A stretch of 64,000 nucleotides of DNA from an uncultured Prevotellaceae bacterium. GTDB taxonomy: Bacteria; Bacteroidota; Bacteroidia; Bacteroidales; Muribaculaceae. A model generated the notes under the pieces. That model searched no databases, was not told the DNA's origin, and worked only from the letters and a program-made list of their open reading frames with translations. Of the stretch, positions 25,557 through 33,714 are shown in pieces (positions within the stretch are counted from its first letter, which is position 1; each line of letters opens with the position of its first letter). The position numbers and the translations under genes were made by a program. Location of the stretch: NCBI GenBank assembly GCA_900318345.1, contig ONKD01000022.1, positions 2,189 to 66,188 of the forward strand, in the 5' to 3' direction.

Positions 25557-25589
25557 TAGCGCATCAAAACAACAATCGAAAATACAAAA

Positions 25590-25624
25590 TTGGCGCCTTG
25601 GGGACGTTGTCCTCGAGGCGCCAA
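25590..25624. terminator. bidirectional stem-loop between the convergent GH92 a and FGE-domain genes
   Basis: TTGGCGCCTTGGGGAC - GTT - GTCCTCGAGGCGCCAA: a 16-bp stem with two G-T wobble positions. An A/T-rich tract lies on the left flank. Confidence 0.6.
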
Positions 25625-25650
25625 ACTATTCGGTCACGCTGCTGTGTTGC

Positions 25651-28416
25651 TTACAGTGCTAAGCGCAGGCCTTGGTCCTTCCATCTCGAATATGTAGCGT
25701 CACCCCAACGGCAGGCGACACGGCAATTATCATCATCGTAATCGATACTGCCGCCGCGAATGATGCGGGCATCGCCGGTTTCCAGGCCCGTCGGGTTAAC
25801 CTGAGGCTCACTAGGATAACCGTATGAATGATCAATCCAATCCTGGCAATACTCATAGATATTGCCACTCATGTCATAGATGCCCAGCTCGTTAGGCGCT
25901 TTGGTGCCAACAGGATGTGTAGTGCCGTTAGCATTCTCGTTATACCACGCCACATTATCAAGGACATTGCTGCCTGAATACCTAGTGCCGCGACTCTTGA
26001 TGCCGCCGCGGGCGGCAAATTCCCATTGAGCCTCGGTGGGCATACGGAAGTTCATACCCGTCATCTGATTCAGCTTGGTGATAAACTGCTGGCAGTCGTT
26101 CCACGACACCATCTCGACGGGACGTTTCAGGTCACCAGTGAAGTTACTCGGGTTAGAGCCCATCACGGCTTGCCACAGCGCTTGCGTCACCTCGGTCTGG
26201 CCGATATAGTAATCGGATAGTGTTACCATGTGTACTGGCCTCTCCATGCTATTGCTAAAGCTTCCCAGCTGATTGCGGGTCGCTCCCATAGCAAAGGTAC
26301 CACCCTCGACAGCCATCATCTTGAAGGTCACGCCATTCACTGTAAACACTCTATTTCCAGCCACAATCTGGGCAGGCTCAATGCCACCAAGCAGCATGTC
26401 AATCAACTGGGTCACATCGCTGATGTTAACACCGCCATCGGCGTTCACATCGGCAGTTGGCCCGCTTGTAGCTCCACTCAACAAAATGTCGATTAATTGA
26501 GTCACGTCACTAATGCTCACGGTGCCATCCAGATTCACGTCACCCCTGTATCCCATGGGCTGTGTGCCTTGCATGAACTTATACTCGATGTAGTCACCTG
26601 GAATCTCAAACCGGACTACAGCCTCGCGATAGGTCATGCCGCTGGGGAGTGCAGAGGCCGAAACATTGGCCCGAACCCCTTGGAAACCAGTGCTATTGGT
26701 GATATCCATAAGACTGACACTCAACCAGCTGGGCAAGGTTTCGCTACCATCGCAGGTAATACGCCAGTCACCACTAGCCGACGGGCAAGAGGTCTTAAAC
26801 CTAAGGCCCCAGGTAGAGGTTCCGTCAAGCCAAGTTTTCTGCAAATAACCACCAGTAGCAGGGAACAAGTGTTGCCCGTCCTCTTGGACATTCTCAAAGG
26901 TGACATAGGGTTGTAAAACATCAATGAAGATAGATAAACCGAGCTTCACCTCAACAGAGAAGAAAGAATTGGCGCCAGACCACTCATATTCACCGGTATA
27001 AATTCTATTGCCATTCTCATCCAATACAGCATTGCCTTGTTCATCAAGAAGAGGATGTTCATACTTGATATAGACCAATTCGCCATAGCCTTCATCATAA
27101 TCCCAAATATAGGAACAATGGGTGGTGAAATCAATCAAGTCTTCCATATCCGCATCATTATAGCCATCCAGAACCACAAGCATAGGATAATCGATGACGG
27201 GCCGGAACTCAGCACCCGTCTCGTCATACAACGTGAAAGCGAGCGTTGCTTCTTCTAAATAAGGGTCAGTAATAAGATCGGGAGTGACAAGCGCCCTGCC
27301 ATGAGCAACGAGTTCCCCTGGTTCTTCAGGCAGGACAACGGGCACATCTTCATAGGCGGGAATGTCATTTAATTTATACACCTTACAAGTCATCTCGACA
27401 TCGCCACTAAGAGTCAAATTATCCACAAGCACATAGACTTTATTGAGCAAATAGGGATGCTGGGGCTTCTCAAAAGCCTGAGCCATGCCATCGACGTGTT
27501 GTCCGTTTTTACCAAACCACCATCCCCTCTCATTGTCACCATAAGGAAGTGCACCAGATATGTTTGTTAATATGAAGCGGTCTTCATAGTTGCCAGAATA
27601 GCCACCAGAAATGAATGACTTGCTTGACCATAAGGGCACGCATCCAAGATAATAGTCTCCCCAAAGAGCGCCAATTTCATTAGGATTTTCAAAAGCGCCT
27701 ACCACGCCTGGGTACCTGATAGGCATCCAAGTACCAGTGCTGTCTTTTTCAAAATCGTAGGAACAGTATTGATAAATATCAGGCATCACATTGCTATCGT
27801 CAATACGCCCATCATAGGCACCGAATATAGGAGCAGTATACATGCCACCTGCCGGTAAGGTGCTATATGCCCCAGATTGATAATCGATATAGCAGGTGTC
27901 AGTTCCTTCAAGGAAATCAGTAAAATTTGCTACAGGATTAAAAGTCCAACCATAACTTGTTGAACTGTTGGCGTTGCTGGAAGTCCCCGACCAATAGTAT
28001 TCGGCGTAGGGTTTCGCCAACAAGAACATAACATTAGAAAGTAAATAATCTTTAGAAGTTTTATCGTAAAACATTATTGAACTATACATACCGGCAGGAC
28101 GACGGTAGAAAGTACTGGGCTGTCCATCACTGGAGGGACCTTTGGGTGCTCGGCGCTGTAGCGTAGAGGGGTCACGCATCTTCATTTCCCGAGTCGTGGT
28201 AACCTCGGATAATTTCACCGGAGATAACTGTGGACGTTGAGCAACCGGCCCGAGCGTTCTTCTTGAAGTTGTCTTGATAGGAGATACCTTTGACCCGTTT
28301 TGCACCACAACGCTTGGGTTAATGCCCTCGGCAATGCACTGTGTCTTGTTTTTCATCTGAGCGCCAGCCGTCGACACAACTAGAGCAACAGCGGCAAAGA
28401 GTAAAATTTTTTTCAT
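25651..28416 (-). CDS. secreted multidomain protein: unknown ~500-aa N-terminal region, BACON-like domain, dockerin-like repeat pair, C-terminal FGE-sulfatase (SUMF1, C-type-lectin fold) domain
   Basis: ATG 28416 (MKKILLFAAVALVVSTAGAQ); track start 28425 is TTG. Dockerin-like RGDVNLDGTVSISDVTQLIDILLSG...DVNADGGVNISDVTQLIDMLLGG at about 26371-26550. FGE motifs (RPVHMVTLSDYYIGQTEVT, MVSWNDCQQF, PTEAQWEFAARGG, IYDMSGNIYEYCQDW, RGGS...GLRLAL) at about 25654-26352. Confidence 0.85.
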   Translation of the reverse strand: MKKILLFAAVALVVSTAGAQMKNKTQCIAEGINPSVVVQNGSKVSPIKTTSRRTLGPVAQRPQLSPVKLSEVTTTREMKMRDPSTLQRRAPKGPSSDGQPSTFYRRPAGMYSSIMFYDKTSKDYLLSNVMFLLAKPYAEYYWSGTSSNANSSTSYGWTFNPVANFTDFLEGTDTCYIDYQSGAYSTLPAGGMYTAPIFGAYDGRIDDSNVMPDIYQYCSYDFEKDSTGTWMPIRYPGVVGAFENPNEIGALWGDYYLGCVPLWSSKSFISGGYSGNYEDRFILTNISGALPYGDNERGWWFGKNGQHVDGMAQAFEKPQHPYLLNKVYVLVDNLTLSGDVEMTCKVYKLNDIPAYEDVPVVLPEEPGELVAHGRALVTPDLITDPYLEEATLAFTLYDETGAEFRPVIDYPMLVVLDGYNDADMEDLIDFTTHCSYIWDYDEGYGELVYIKYEHPLLDEQGNAVLDENGNRIYTGEYEWSGANSFFSVEVKLGLSIFIDVLQPYVTFENVQEDGQHLFPATGGYLQKTWLDGTSTWGLRFKTSCPSASGDWRITCDGSETLPSWLSVSLMDITNSTGFQGVRANVSASALPSGMTYREAVVRFEIPGDYIEYKFMQGTQPMGYRGDVNLDGTVSISDVTQLIDILLSGATSGPTADVNADGGVNISDVTQLIDMLLGGIEPAQIVAGNRVFTVNGVTFKMMAVEGGTFAMGATRNQLGSFSNSMERPVHMVTLSDYYIGQTEVTQALWQAVMGSNPSNFTGDLKRPVEMVSWNDCQQFITKLNQMTGMNFRMPTEAQWEFAARGGIKSRGTRYSGSNVLDNVAWYNENANGTTHPVGTKAPNELGIYDMSGNIYEYCQDWIDHSYGYPSEPQVNPTGLETGDARIIRGGSIDYDDDNCRVACRWGDATYSRWKDQGLRLAL

Positions 28417-28468
28417 AACTTCCAAGTGATTAAGGGTTATTGTTGAATGTAATATAATATTTCTCTTG

Positions 28469-28476
28469 CAAATATA
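28469..28476 (-). promoter_or_regulatory. -7 box TATATTTG (BACON/dockerin/FGE gene)
   Basis: Plus-strand CAAATATA, 52 nt upstream of ATG 28416. Confidence 0.45.
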
Positions 28477-28509
28477 TAAAAAAAGTGATGACTTTACAAT
28501 AATTTTATG

Positions 28510-28517
28510 TAATTTTG
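28510..28517 (+). promoter_or_regulatory. -7 box TAATTTTG (GH92 b)
   Basis: 40 nt upstream of ATG 28558. Confidence 0.5.
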
Positions 28518-28557
28518 CTCCAAATTATAACTTCTTTTTTTCATTTATGCTATTCTC

Positions 28558-30837
28558 ATGAGAAAAAAACTATTTATCATCATATCGTTGATTTGGGTGA
28601 CGATTGCCTCGGCAAGCACTTTGGAACCAGTAGATTACGTAAACCCAATGGTGGGAACACTGTCGAGTTTCCAACTGTCAACAGGTAACACCTATCCCGC
28701 CATAGCCATGCCGTGGGGCATGAACTTTTGGGTGCCACAAACTGGCAAGAACGGCGATGGGTGGCAATATACCTACACGGCTAACAAGATTCGCGGTTTC
28801 AAGCAGACCCACCAGCCCAGCCCGTGGATCAACGACTATGGCCAGTTCTCACTGATGCCCACGGTGGGCGAGCCAGTGTGGGACGAGAACGAGCGCGCCA
28901 GCTGGTTCTCGCACAAAGCCGAGGTGGCTACTCCCTATTATTATAAGGTCTATCTTGCCGACTATGACGTGACGGCCGAGGTGGCACCCACCGAGCGGGC
29001 GGCCATCCTGCGCTTCACCTTTCCCGAGACCGATCAGGCTAACGTTGTGATAGATGCCTTTGACAAGGGTTCCGAAATTAGGATCGACCCCGAGAAAAAT
29101 ATCGTATGGGGATACTCGACCCGCAACAGCGGTGGCGTGCAAAAGGATTTCAAGAACTTCTTTGTCATCGAGTTTGATAAGCCGTTCAAGGTTTATTACA
29201 CGGTGGACGACAGCGTGCTGCATCGCGGCCTGACCAAGATGACCTGCAACCATGCGGGAGCCATTGTGACGTTCAACACCCGCCGCGGTGAGCAGGTCAG
29301 CGCCCGCGTGGCCTCGTCGTTCATCAGCCCCGAGCAAGCCTTGCTGAACCTTCGGGAGCTGGGTAACAATGACCTGGAGGCCGTTAAGGCCCAGGGGCGC
29401 CAGCGCTGGAACGAAGTGTTGGGTCGCGTCCAGATCGAGGACGGTAACATCGACCACCTGCGCACGTTCTACTCGTGCCTCTATCGCTCGGTGCTGTTTC
29501 CCCGCAGCTTCTATGAGATTGACGCTAAAGGCAAGCCTGTCCACTACAGTCCCTACAATGATGATCAATTGCTACCAGTAGCGCCAGGCAGACTGTTCAC
29601 CGACACTGGCTTTTGGGACACCTTCCGCAGTCTGTTCCCGCTTGTGGACCTGATGTATCCCACGATGGGCGCATGGATGCAGGAAGGGCTGGTGAACACC
29701 TGGCTTGAGAGCGGTTTCCTGCCCGAGTGGGCCAGTCCTGGTCACCGCGAATGCATGGTGGGCAACAACAGTGCATCAGTTGTCGCCGATGCTTATCTGA
29801 AAGGCTTGCGAGGATATGATATCGACAAGCTATGGGAAGCCGTCGTGCATGGCACCACTGCCGTGCATCCTAAGGTAAAATCCACTGGCAGGCTGGGACA
29901 TGAATATTATAATGAGTTGGGCTATATCCCCTATGACGTGGGCATCAAAGAGAATGTCGCCAGGACGCTGGAGTATGCCTACGATGACTGGTGCATCTAC
30001 CGTCTGGGTAAGGCACTGGGCAAGCCCGAGAGCGAAATCGGCGTGTTCAAGGAGCGTGCAATGAACTACCGCAACGTGTTTGACCCCGAGAGCAAACTCA
30101 TGCGAGGCCGCAATAGCGATGGCACATTCCAGTCGCCCTTCAGCCCGTTGAAGTGGGGCGATGCCTTCACCGAGGGCAACAGTTGGCATTACACGTGGAG
30201 CGTGTTCCATGACCCACAGGGTTTGATTGACCTCATGGGAGGGAACAAGGCTTTCTGCATGAAACTGGACTCGGTATTCAGCGTGCCGCCTATCTTTGAC
30301 GACAGTTATTATGGCTTCACCATCCACGAGATACGCGAGATGCAGATCATGAACATGGGTAATTATGCCCACGGCAACCAACCCATCCAGCACATGATAT
30401 ACCTATATAATTATTCGGGACAACCCTGGAAGGCGCAGTACTGGGTGCATCAAGTGATGGACCGCATGTATAGCGCTGCGCCTGACGGCTACTGTGGCGA
30501 TGAGGACAACGGACAGACATCGGCATGGTATGTGTTCTCGGCCCTCGGTTTTTACCCCGTGTGTCCTGGCAGCAACCAGTATGTCATCGGTTCCCCTTAT
30601 TTTGACAAGGTGACGCTGAGACTGGAAAACGGCAAGCAGGTTACCATCGAGCGCAAGGGAACTGGCTGCTACATCGACTCAATGACAGTTAATGGCAAGC
30701 GTTATTCCCACAACTATCTTGACCACGAGACCTTGATAAACGGCTGCGACATTATCTTTAATATGTCCGACCGCCCCAACATGAAGCGCGGCACATCAAA
30801 GAACGACGCGCCCTACTCATTTTCCAAGGCAAAATAA
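28558..30837 (+). CDS. GH92 alpha-mannosidase (second paralog)
   Basis: 759 aa. YVNPMVGT start, GNQPIQHMIYLYNYSGQPWKAQ and CGDEDNGQTSAWYV motifs, with a signal peptide. Confidence 0.92.
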   Translation: MRKKLFIIISLIWVTIASASTLEPVDYVNPMVGTLSSFQLSTGNTYPAIAMPWGMNFWVPQTGKNGDGWQYTYTANKIRGFKQTHQPSPWINDYGQFSLMPTVGEPVWDENERASWFSHKAEVATPYYYKVYLADYDVTAEVAPTERAAILRFTFPETDQANVVIDAFDKGSEIRIDPEKNIVWGYSTRNSGGVQKDFKNFFVIEFDKPFKVYYTVDDSVLHRGLTKMTCNHAGAIVTFNTRRGEQVSARVASSFISPEQALLNLRELGNNDLEAVKAQGRQRWNEVLGRVQIEDGNIDHLRTFYSCLYRSVLFPRSFYEIDAKGKPVHYSPYNDDQLLPVAPGRLFTDTGFWDTFRSLFPLVDLMYPTMGAWMQEGLVNTWLESGFLPEWASPGHRECMVGNNSASVVADAYLKGLRGYDIDKLWEAVVHGTTAVHPKVKSTGRLGHEYYNELGYIPYDVGIKENVARTLEYAYDDWCIYRLGKALGKPESEIGVFKERAMNYRNVFDPESKLMRGRNSDGTFQSPFSPLKWGDAFTEGNSWHYTWSVFHDPQGLIDLMGGNKAFCMKLDSVFSVPPIFDDSYYGFTIHEIREMQIMNMGNYAHGNQPIQHMIYLYNYSGQPWKAQYWVHQVMDRMYSAAPDGYCGDEDNGQTSAWYVFSALGFYPVCPGSNQYVIGSPYFDKVTLRLENGKQVTIERKGTGCYIDSMTVNGKRYSHNYLDHETLINGCDIIFNMSDRPNMKRGTSKNDAPYSFSKAK

Positions 30838-30858
30838 TAGCTGTAGAAATCAACAAAA

Positions 30859-30892
30859 AATGGGTCGCTGCGCTCCCGCGTGGCGGCCCATT
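30859..30892 (+). terminator. stem-loop after GH92 b
   Basis: AATGGGTCGC ... GCGGCCCATT: 10-bp stem with one G-T pair, 22 nt after the stop. Confidence 0.5.
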
Positions 30893-31052
30893 CTAATTAA
30901 ATTTCCAAATTTATTAACTTTTATTTGTATAGAAAAGTTGGAAACGAAAATTAAAATCATGCAAAGAGTATTTGTTACATTTTAGGAATCAACCCATTAT
31001 AGTCGTTGAAGGGCAGAATAAAACACAATTCCTAACCCTTCACTCAAAATTA

Positions 31053-31622
31053 TTATTGTAAAGACTTTACCCAGGTCTTCATCTCAGCCTCACCCAGATA
31101 GTTCAGGCTCTTGGGTTCCTTCCAGTTAGCGTTAGGAGCTGAAGGCTTAAGATAATTAAGCGTCTCGCCTGCCCCACTGCCACCTGAGGTGAAGAACGGC
31201 ACAACCGTCTTGCCAGTGAGGTCATATTGCTCCAGGAAAGTATTGATGATCGTGGGAGCGATGTACCACCAGATAGGGAATCCCACAAACACGGTGTCAT
31301 ATTGCTCCATGTTTTCTACCTTGTTGGCAATTGCGGGACGACTGCTCTTGTCGGCCATCTCCAGACTGCTACGACTGTTCTTGTCTTGCCAGTTCAAGTC
31401 GGCAGAGGTGTAACGTTCTGTCGGGACAATCTCATGCAAGTCGGCATCTGCCACCTTGGCAAGCTTGGTTGCTGCTTCCATTGTTGTACCGGTAGCGCTA
31501 AAGTAAGCAACCAGTGTTTTTTTGCTCTCGTTCATTTTTCCTTCGTTGTTGTCTTGAGTGCAATTGGCTGCCATGACACTCAGTGCCAAGCAACCAATGA
31601 TAGCCAATAATAATTGTTTCAC
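31053..31622 (-). CDS. flavodoxin-family protein with N-terminal lipoprotein-type signal peptide
   Basis: GTG start at 31622. MKQLLLAIIGCLALSVMAANC, then the flavodoxin fold (LVAYFSATGTT ... FVGFPIWWYIAPT ... FFTSGGSG). Confidence 0.8.
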   Translation of the reverse strand: MKQLLLAIIGCLALSVMAANCTQDNNEGKMNESKKTLVAYFSATGTTMEAATKLAKVADADLHEIVPTERYTSADLNWQDKNSRSSLEMADKSSRPAIANKVENMEQYDTVFVGFPIWWYIAPTIINTFLEQYDLTGKTVVPFFTSGGSGAGETLNYLKPSAPNANWKEPKSLNYLGEAEMKTWVKSLQ

Positions 31623-31663
31623 GTTATTGATGAATTAATTAAGTAGTTGCATTATTCACGCCG

Positions 31664-31671
31664 CAAAATTA
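31664..31671 (-). promoter_or_regulatory. -7 box TAATTTTG (flavodoxin)
   Basis: Plus-strand CAAAATTA, 41 nt upstream of GTG 31622. Confidence 0.45.
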
Positions 31672-31821
31672 TAGTAAAAGAACGATATAACCATTACCAA
31701 TATTACTGATAAAATGATAAAAAAACACAAAAAAGATATAACGAGCGTTAGCCTCGGATAAATTATTGCGTTTTTTTCTCATAAATTTGGCCGAAAACAT
31801 TAGTAATTCTAAAAAAATCAC

Positions 31822-31829
31822 TAATTTTG
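31822..31829 (+). promoter_or_regulatory. -7 box TAATTTTG (C10 peptidase 1)
   Basis: 52 nt upstream of ATG 31882. Confidence 0.5.
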
Positions 31830-31881
31830 GCATCATTTAATAACATTAATTATAAACCTGTATAGTTACGTATTTTTTACT

Positions 31882-33522
31882 ATGAACATCAAGAAATTTA
31901 TGAGTTTATCATCGTTGGCTCTCGTCACGATGCTATCGTTCAATGCCAGTGCAGGCAACGTCAACGTCAATGCAGCACGCGCTGCGGCTAACAATTTTAT
32001 CAAGCAGCAATCGGCCGCTACATTCAAAGTTCCCGGCTATGCCGACCTGAAACTTGCTCACGCTGAGGCTTCTAAGGTTGATGGCGCTAACGCCTATTAT
32101 GCTTTTAACATTGATGGCGGAGGTTTTATTATCATTGCCGGTGAGGATCGCGCCTCTACAGTTTTGGGATATAGTGACAATGGCCATCTGGATTTCAAGA
32201 ACCTGCCCAGTAACCTCAAGGCTTTGCTCGACGGCTACAAGAGCGAGATTGAGTTCCTGCAGATCTACAAGGGTGATGACCTTGTAACTGTCACTCCCAC
32301 CCTGAACGCCACATCAGGAGTTGAGCCACTCATCAAGACCACTTGGGGTCAAGAGATGCCCTATTACCTGCAGTGCCCCATGGAGAATGGCGAATACTGC
32401 GTTGTGGGCTGTGTTGCCACTGCAATGGCACAGGTGATGTACTACTGGAAATTCCCGACCAGCAGTGATGCTATCAGCGGATACGGCGGTGGATGGTGGG
32501 GTGGAATAACTGTGCCTGCCTTGCCTGCCACTACCTTCGATTACAGCCTGATGCTCCCTTCCTACTGCCATTGGGATTGGGATAACAGCGAGTTGATTCA
32601 GGATACCTATACCACCGAACAAGCCCAGGAAGTCGCCAAACTGTCACGCTATTGCGGCCAGGCCGTGGAGATGGACTATAGTCCGGAAGGCAGCGGCGCC
32701 TATACCTGGAACCAGTTGGCTGCGATGAAGAATTTCGGCTACAGCAACAACGCCCAACTAAAATCGAAATCTGGCAACACCACCGAGTGGGAAAGCATGA
32801 TAAGGACCGAACTCGAAGCCGGCAGGCCTATCCTTTACTCGGCCAGCGACCCGAGCGCAGGCGGCCACGCCTTCATCTGCGATGGCTATAACAGCAGTAA
32901 TTACTATCACTTCAACTACGGCTGGTATGGTACCTGCGACGGCTGGTACCTCACCACTGCGTTGAACATGATACACCGCGACGGCGAAGAACTGCACTTC
33001 AATTCCAGCCATCAGATGCTTACCGGCGTTGAGCCTCCCACCTATTGTCTCCTTAATGTCGAGGCCGTCGATGCCAACAGTGAGTTGCTCGTGCTGGGTG
33101 AAAACCTGAGAGCCATTGCTCAAAATGTAACCGTGAGAACTACTTATCGCAATGCCAAACTGCTCTTTAATCTCGCCGATGAGAATGGCAATGACGTAGT
33201 AAACGGTAATGCGGTTACACTCAACCCGAGTACTTTTGTTCAGGGAAGCAACGTGAATGGAACCATTACCTTGCCCACAACCCTTGCAACGGGCCGTTAC
33301 AATGTAAACTTGTACTACTACATCAGCAACGCCAGCGAATTGAATGCACTCGGGACAGCTCCCGGTCAGTTACAGGTTGTTGGCAATCTGGCCAAGTACA
33401 ACGAGCCGTTCACAATCGAGGATGTGACTAACGTGGTTGATTACCTGCTCGCAGGAACCAAGCCTGGACTGTCGATCAACGACGTGACCACGCTGATTGA
33501 CTATCTGTTAGCCGGCGAATAA
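31882..33522 (+). CDS. C10-family (streptopain-like) cysteine peptidase with N-terminal Spi-type propeptide and degenerate dockerin-like C-terminus
   Basis: Catalytic Cys in VGCVATAMAQVMYYWKFP and catalytic His in GGHAFICDGY. The propeptide is similar to Inhibitor_I69. C-terminus EDVTNVVDYLLAG...INDVTTLIDYLLAGE. Confidence 0.88.
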   Translation: MNIKKFMSLSSLALVTMLSFNASAGNVNVNAARAAANNFIKQQSAATFKVPGYADLKLAHAEASKVDGANAYYAFNIDGGGFIIIAGEDRASTVLGYSDNGHLDFKNLPSNLKALLDGYKSEIEFLQIYKGDDLVTVTPTLNATSGVEPLIKTTWGQEMPYYLQCPMENGEYCVVGCVATAMAQVMYYWKFPTSSDAISGYGGGWWGGITVPALPATTFDYSLMLPSYCHWDWDNSELIQDTYTTEQAQEVAKLSRYCGQAVEMDYSPEGSGAYTWNQLAAMKNFGYSNNAQLKSKSGNTTEWESMIRTELEAGRPILYSASDPSAGGHAFICDGYNSSNYYHFNYGWYGTCDGWYLTTALNMIHRDGEELHFNSSHQMLTGVEPPTYCLLNVEAVDANSELLVLGENLRAIAQNVTVRTTYRNAKLLFNLADENGNDVVNGNAVTLNPSTFVQGSNVNGTITLPTTLATGRYNVNLYYYISNASELNALGTAPGQLQVVGNLAKYNEPFTIEDVTNVVDYLLAGTKPGLSINDVTTLIDYLLAGE

Positions 33523-33556
33523 GGCAAGTAATACTGCTATTAACATAGAACTAGTT

Positions 33557-33588
33557 AGGTGCTCATTGGACAGATGGGCACCTTTTTT
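33557..33588 (+). terminator. rho-independent terminator after C10 peptidase 1
   Basis: AGGTGCTCAT - TGGACAG - ATGGGCACCT followed by TTTTTT. Confidence 0.7.
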
Positions 33589-33652
33589 ATGTAAATCAAA
33601 TGAAAAAATGCATTTTTCATGAATTATATGCACAGTAATAGAATATTCTTAT

Positions 33653-33660
33653 TACCTTTG
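33653..33660 (+). promoter_or_regulatory. -7 box TACCTTTG (C10 peptidase 2)
   Basis: 54 nt upstream of ATG 33715, downstream of the C10-1 terminator. Confidence 0.5.
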
Positions 33661-33714
33661 AGCGATTTTTCAAAACAGTATTATTAATTCACAAACCTCT
33701 TATCATTCAGTATT

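Noticed and set aside
25654-25790. DGR variable region at the 3' end of the FGE-domain gene
   Set aside because: The fold and tail geometry fit DGR targets. However, no reverse transcriptase, Avd or template repeat is present in the 64 kb, and I could find no near-repeat of this segment in the window. The codons at the putative variable positions are not restricted to NNC/NNT. It is kept only as a testable side-hypothesis in the finding.
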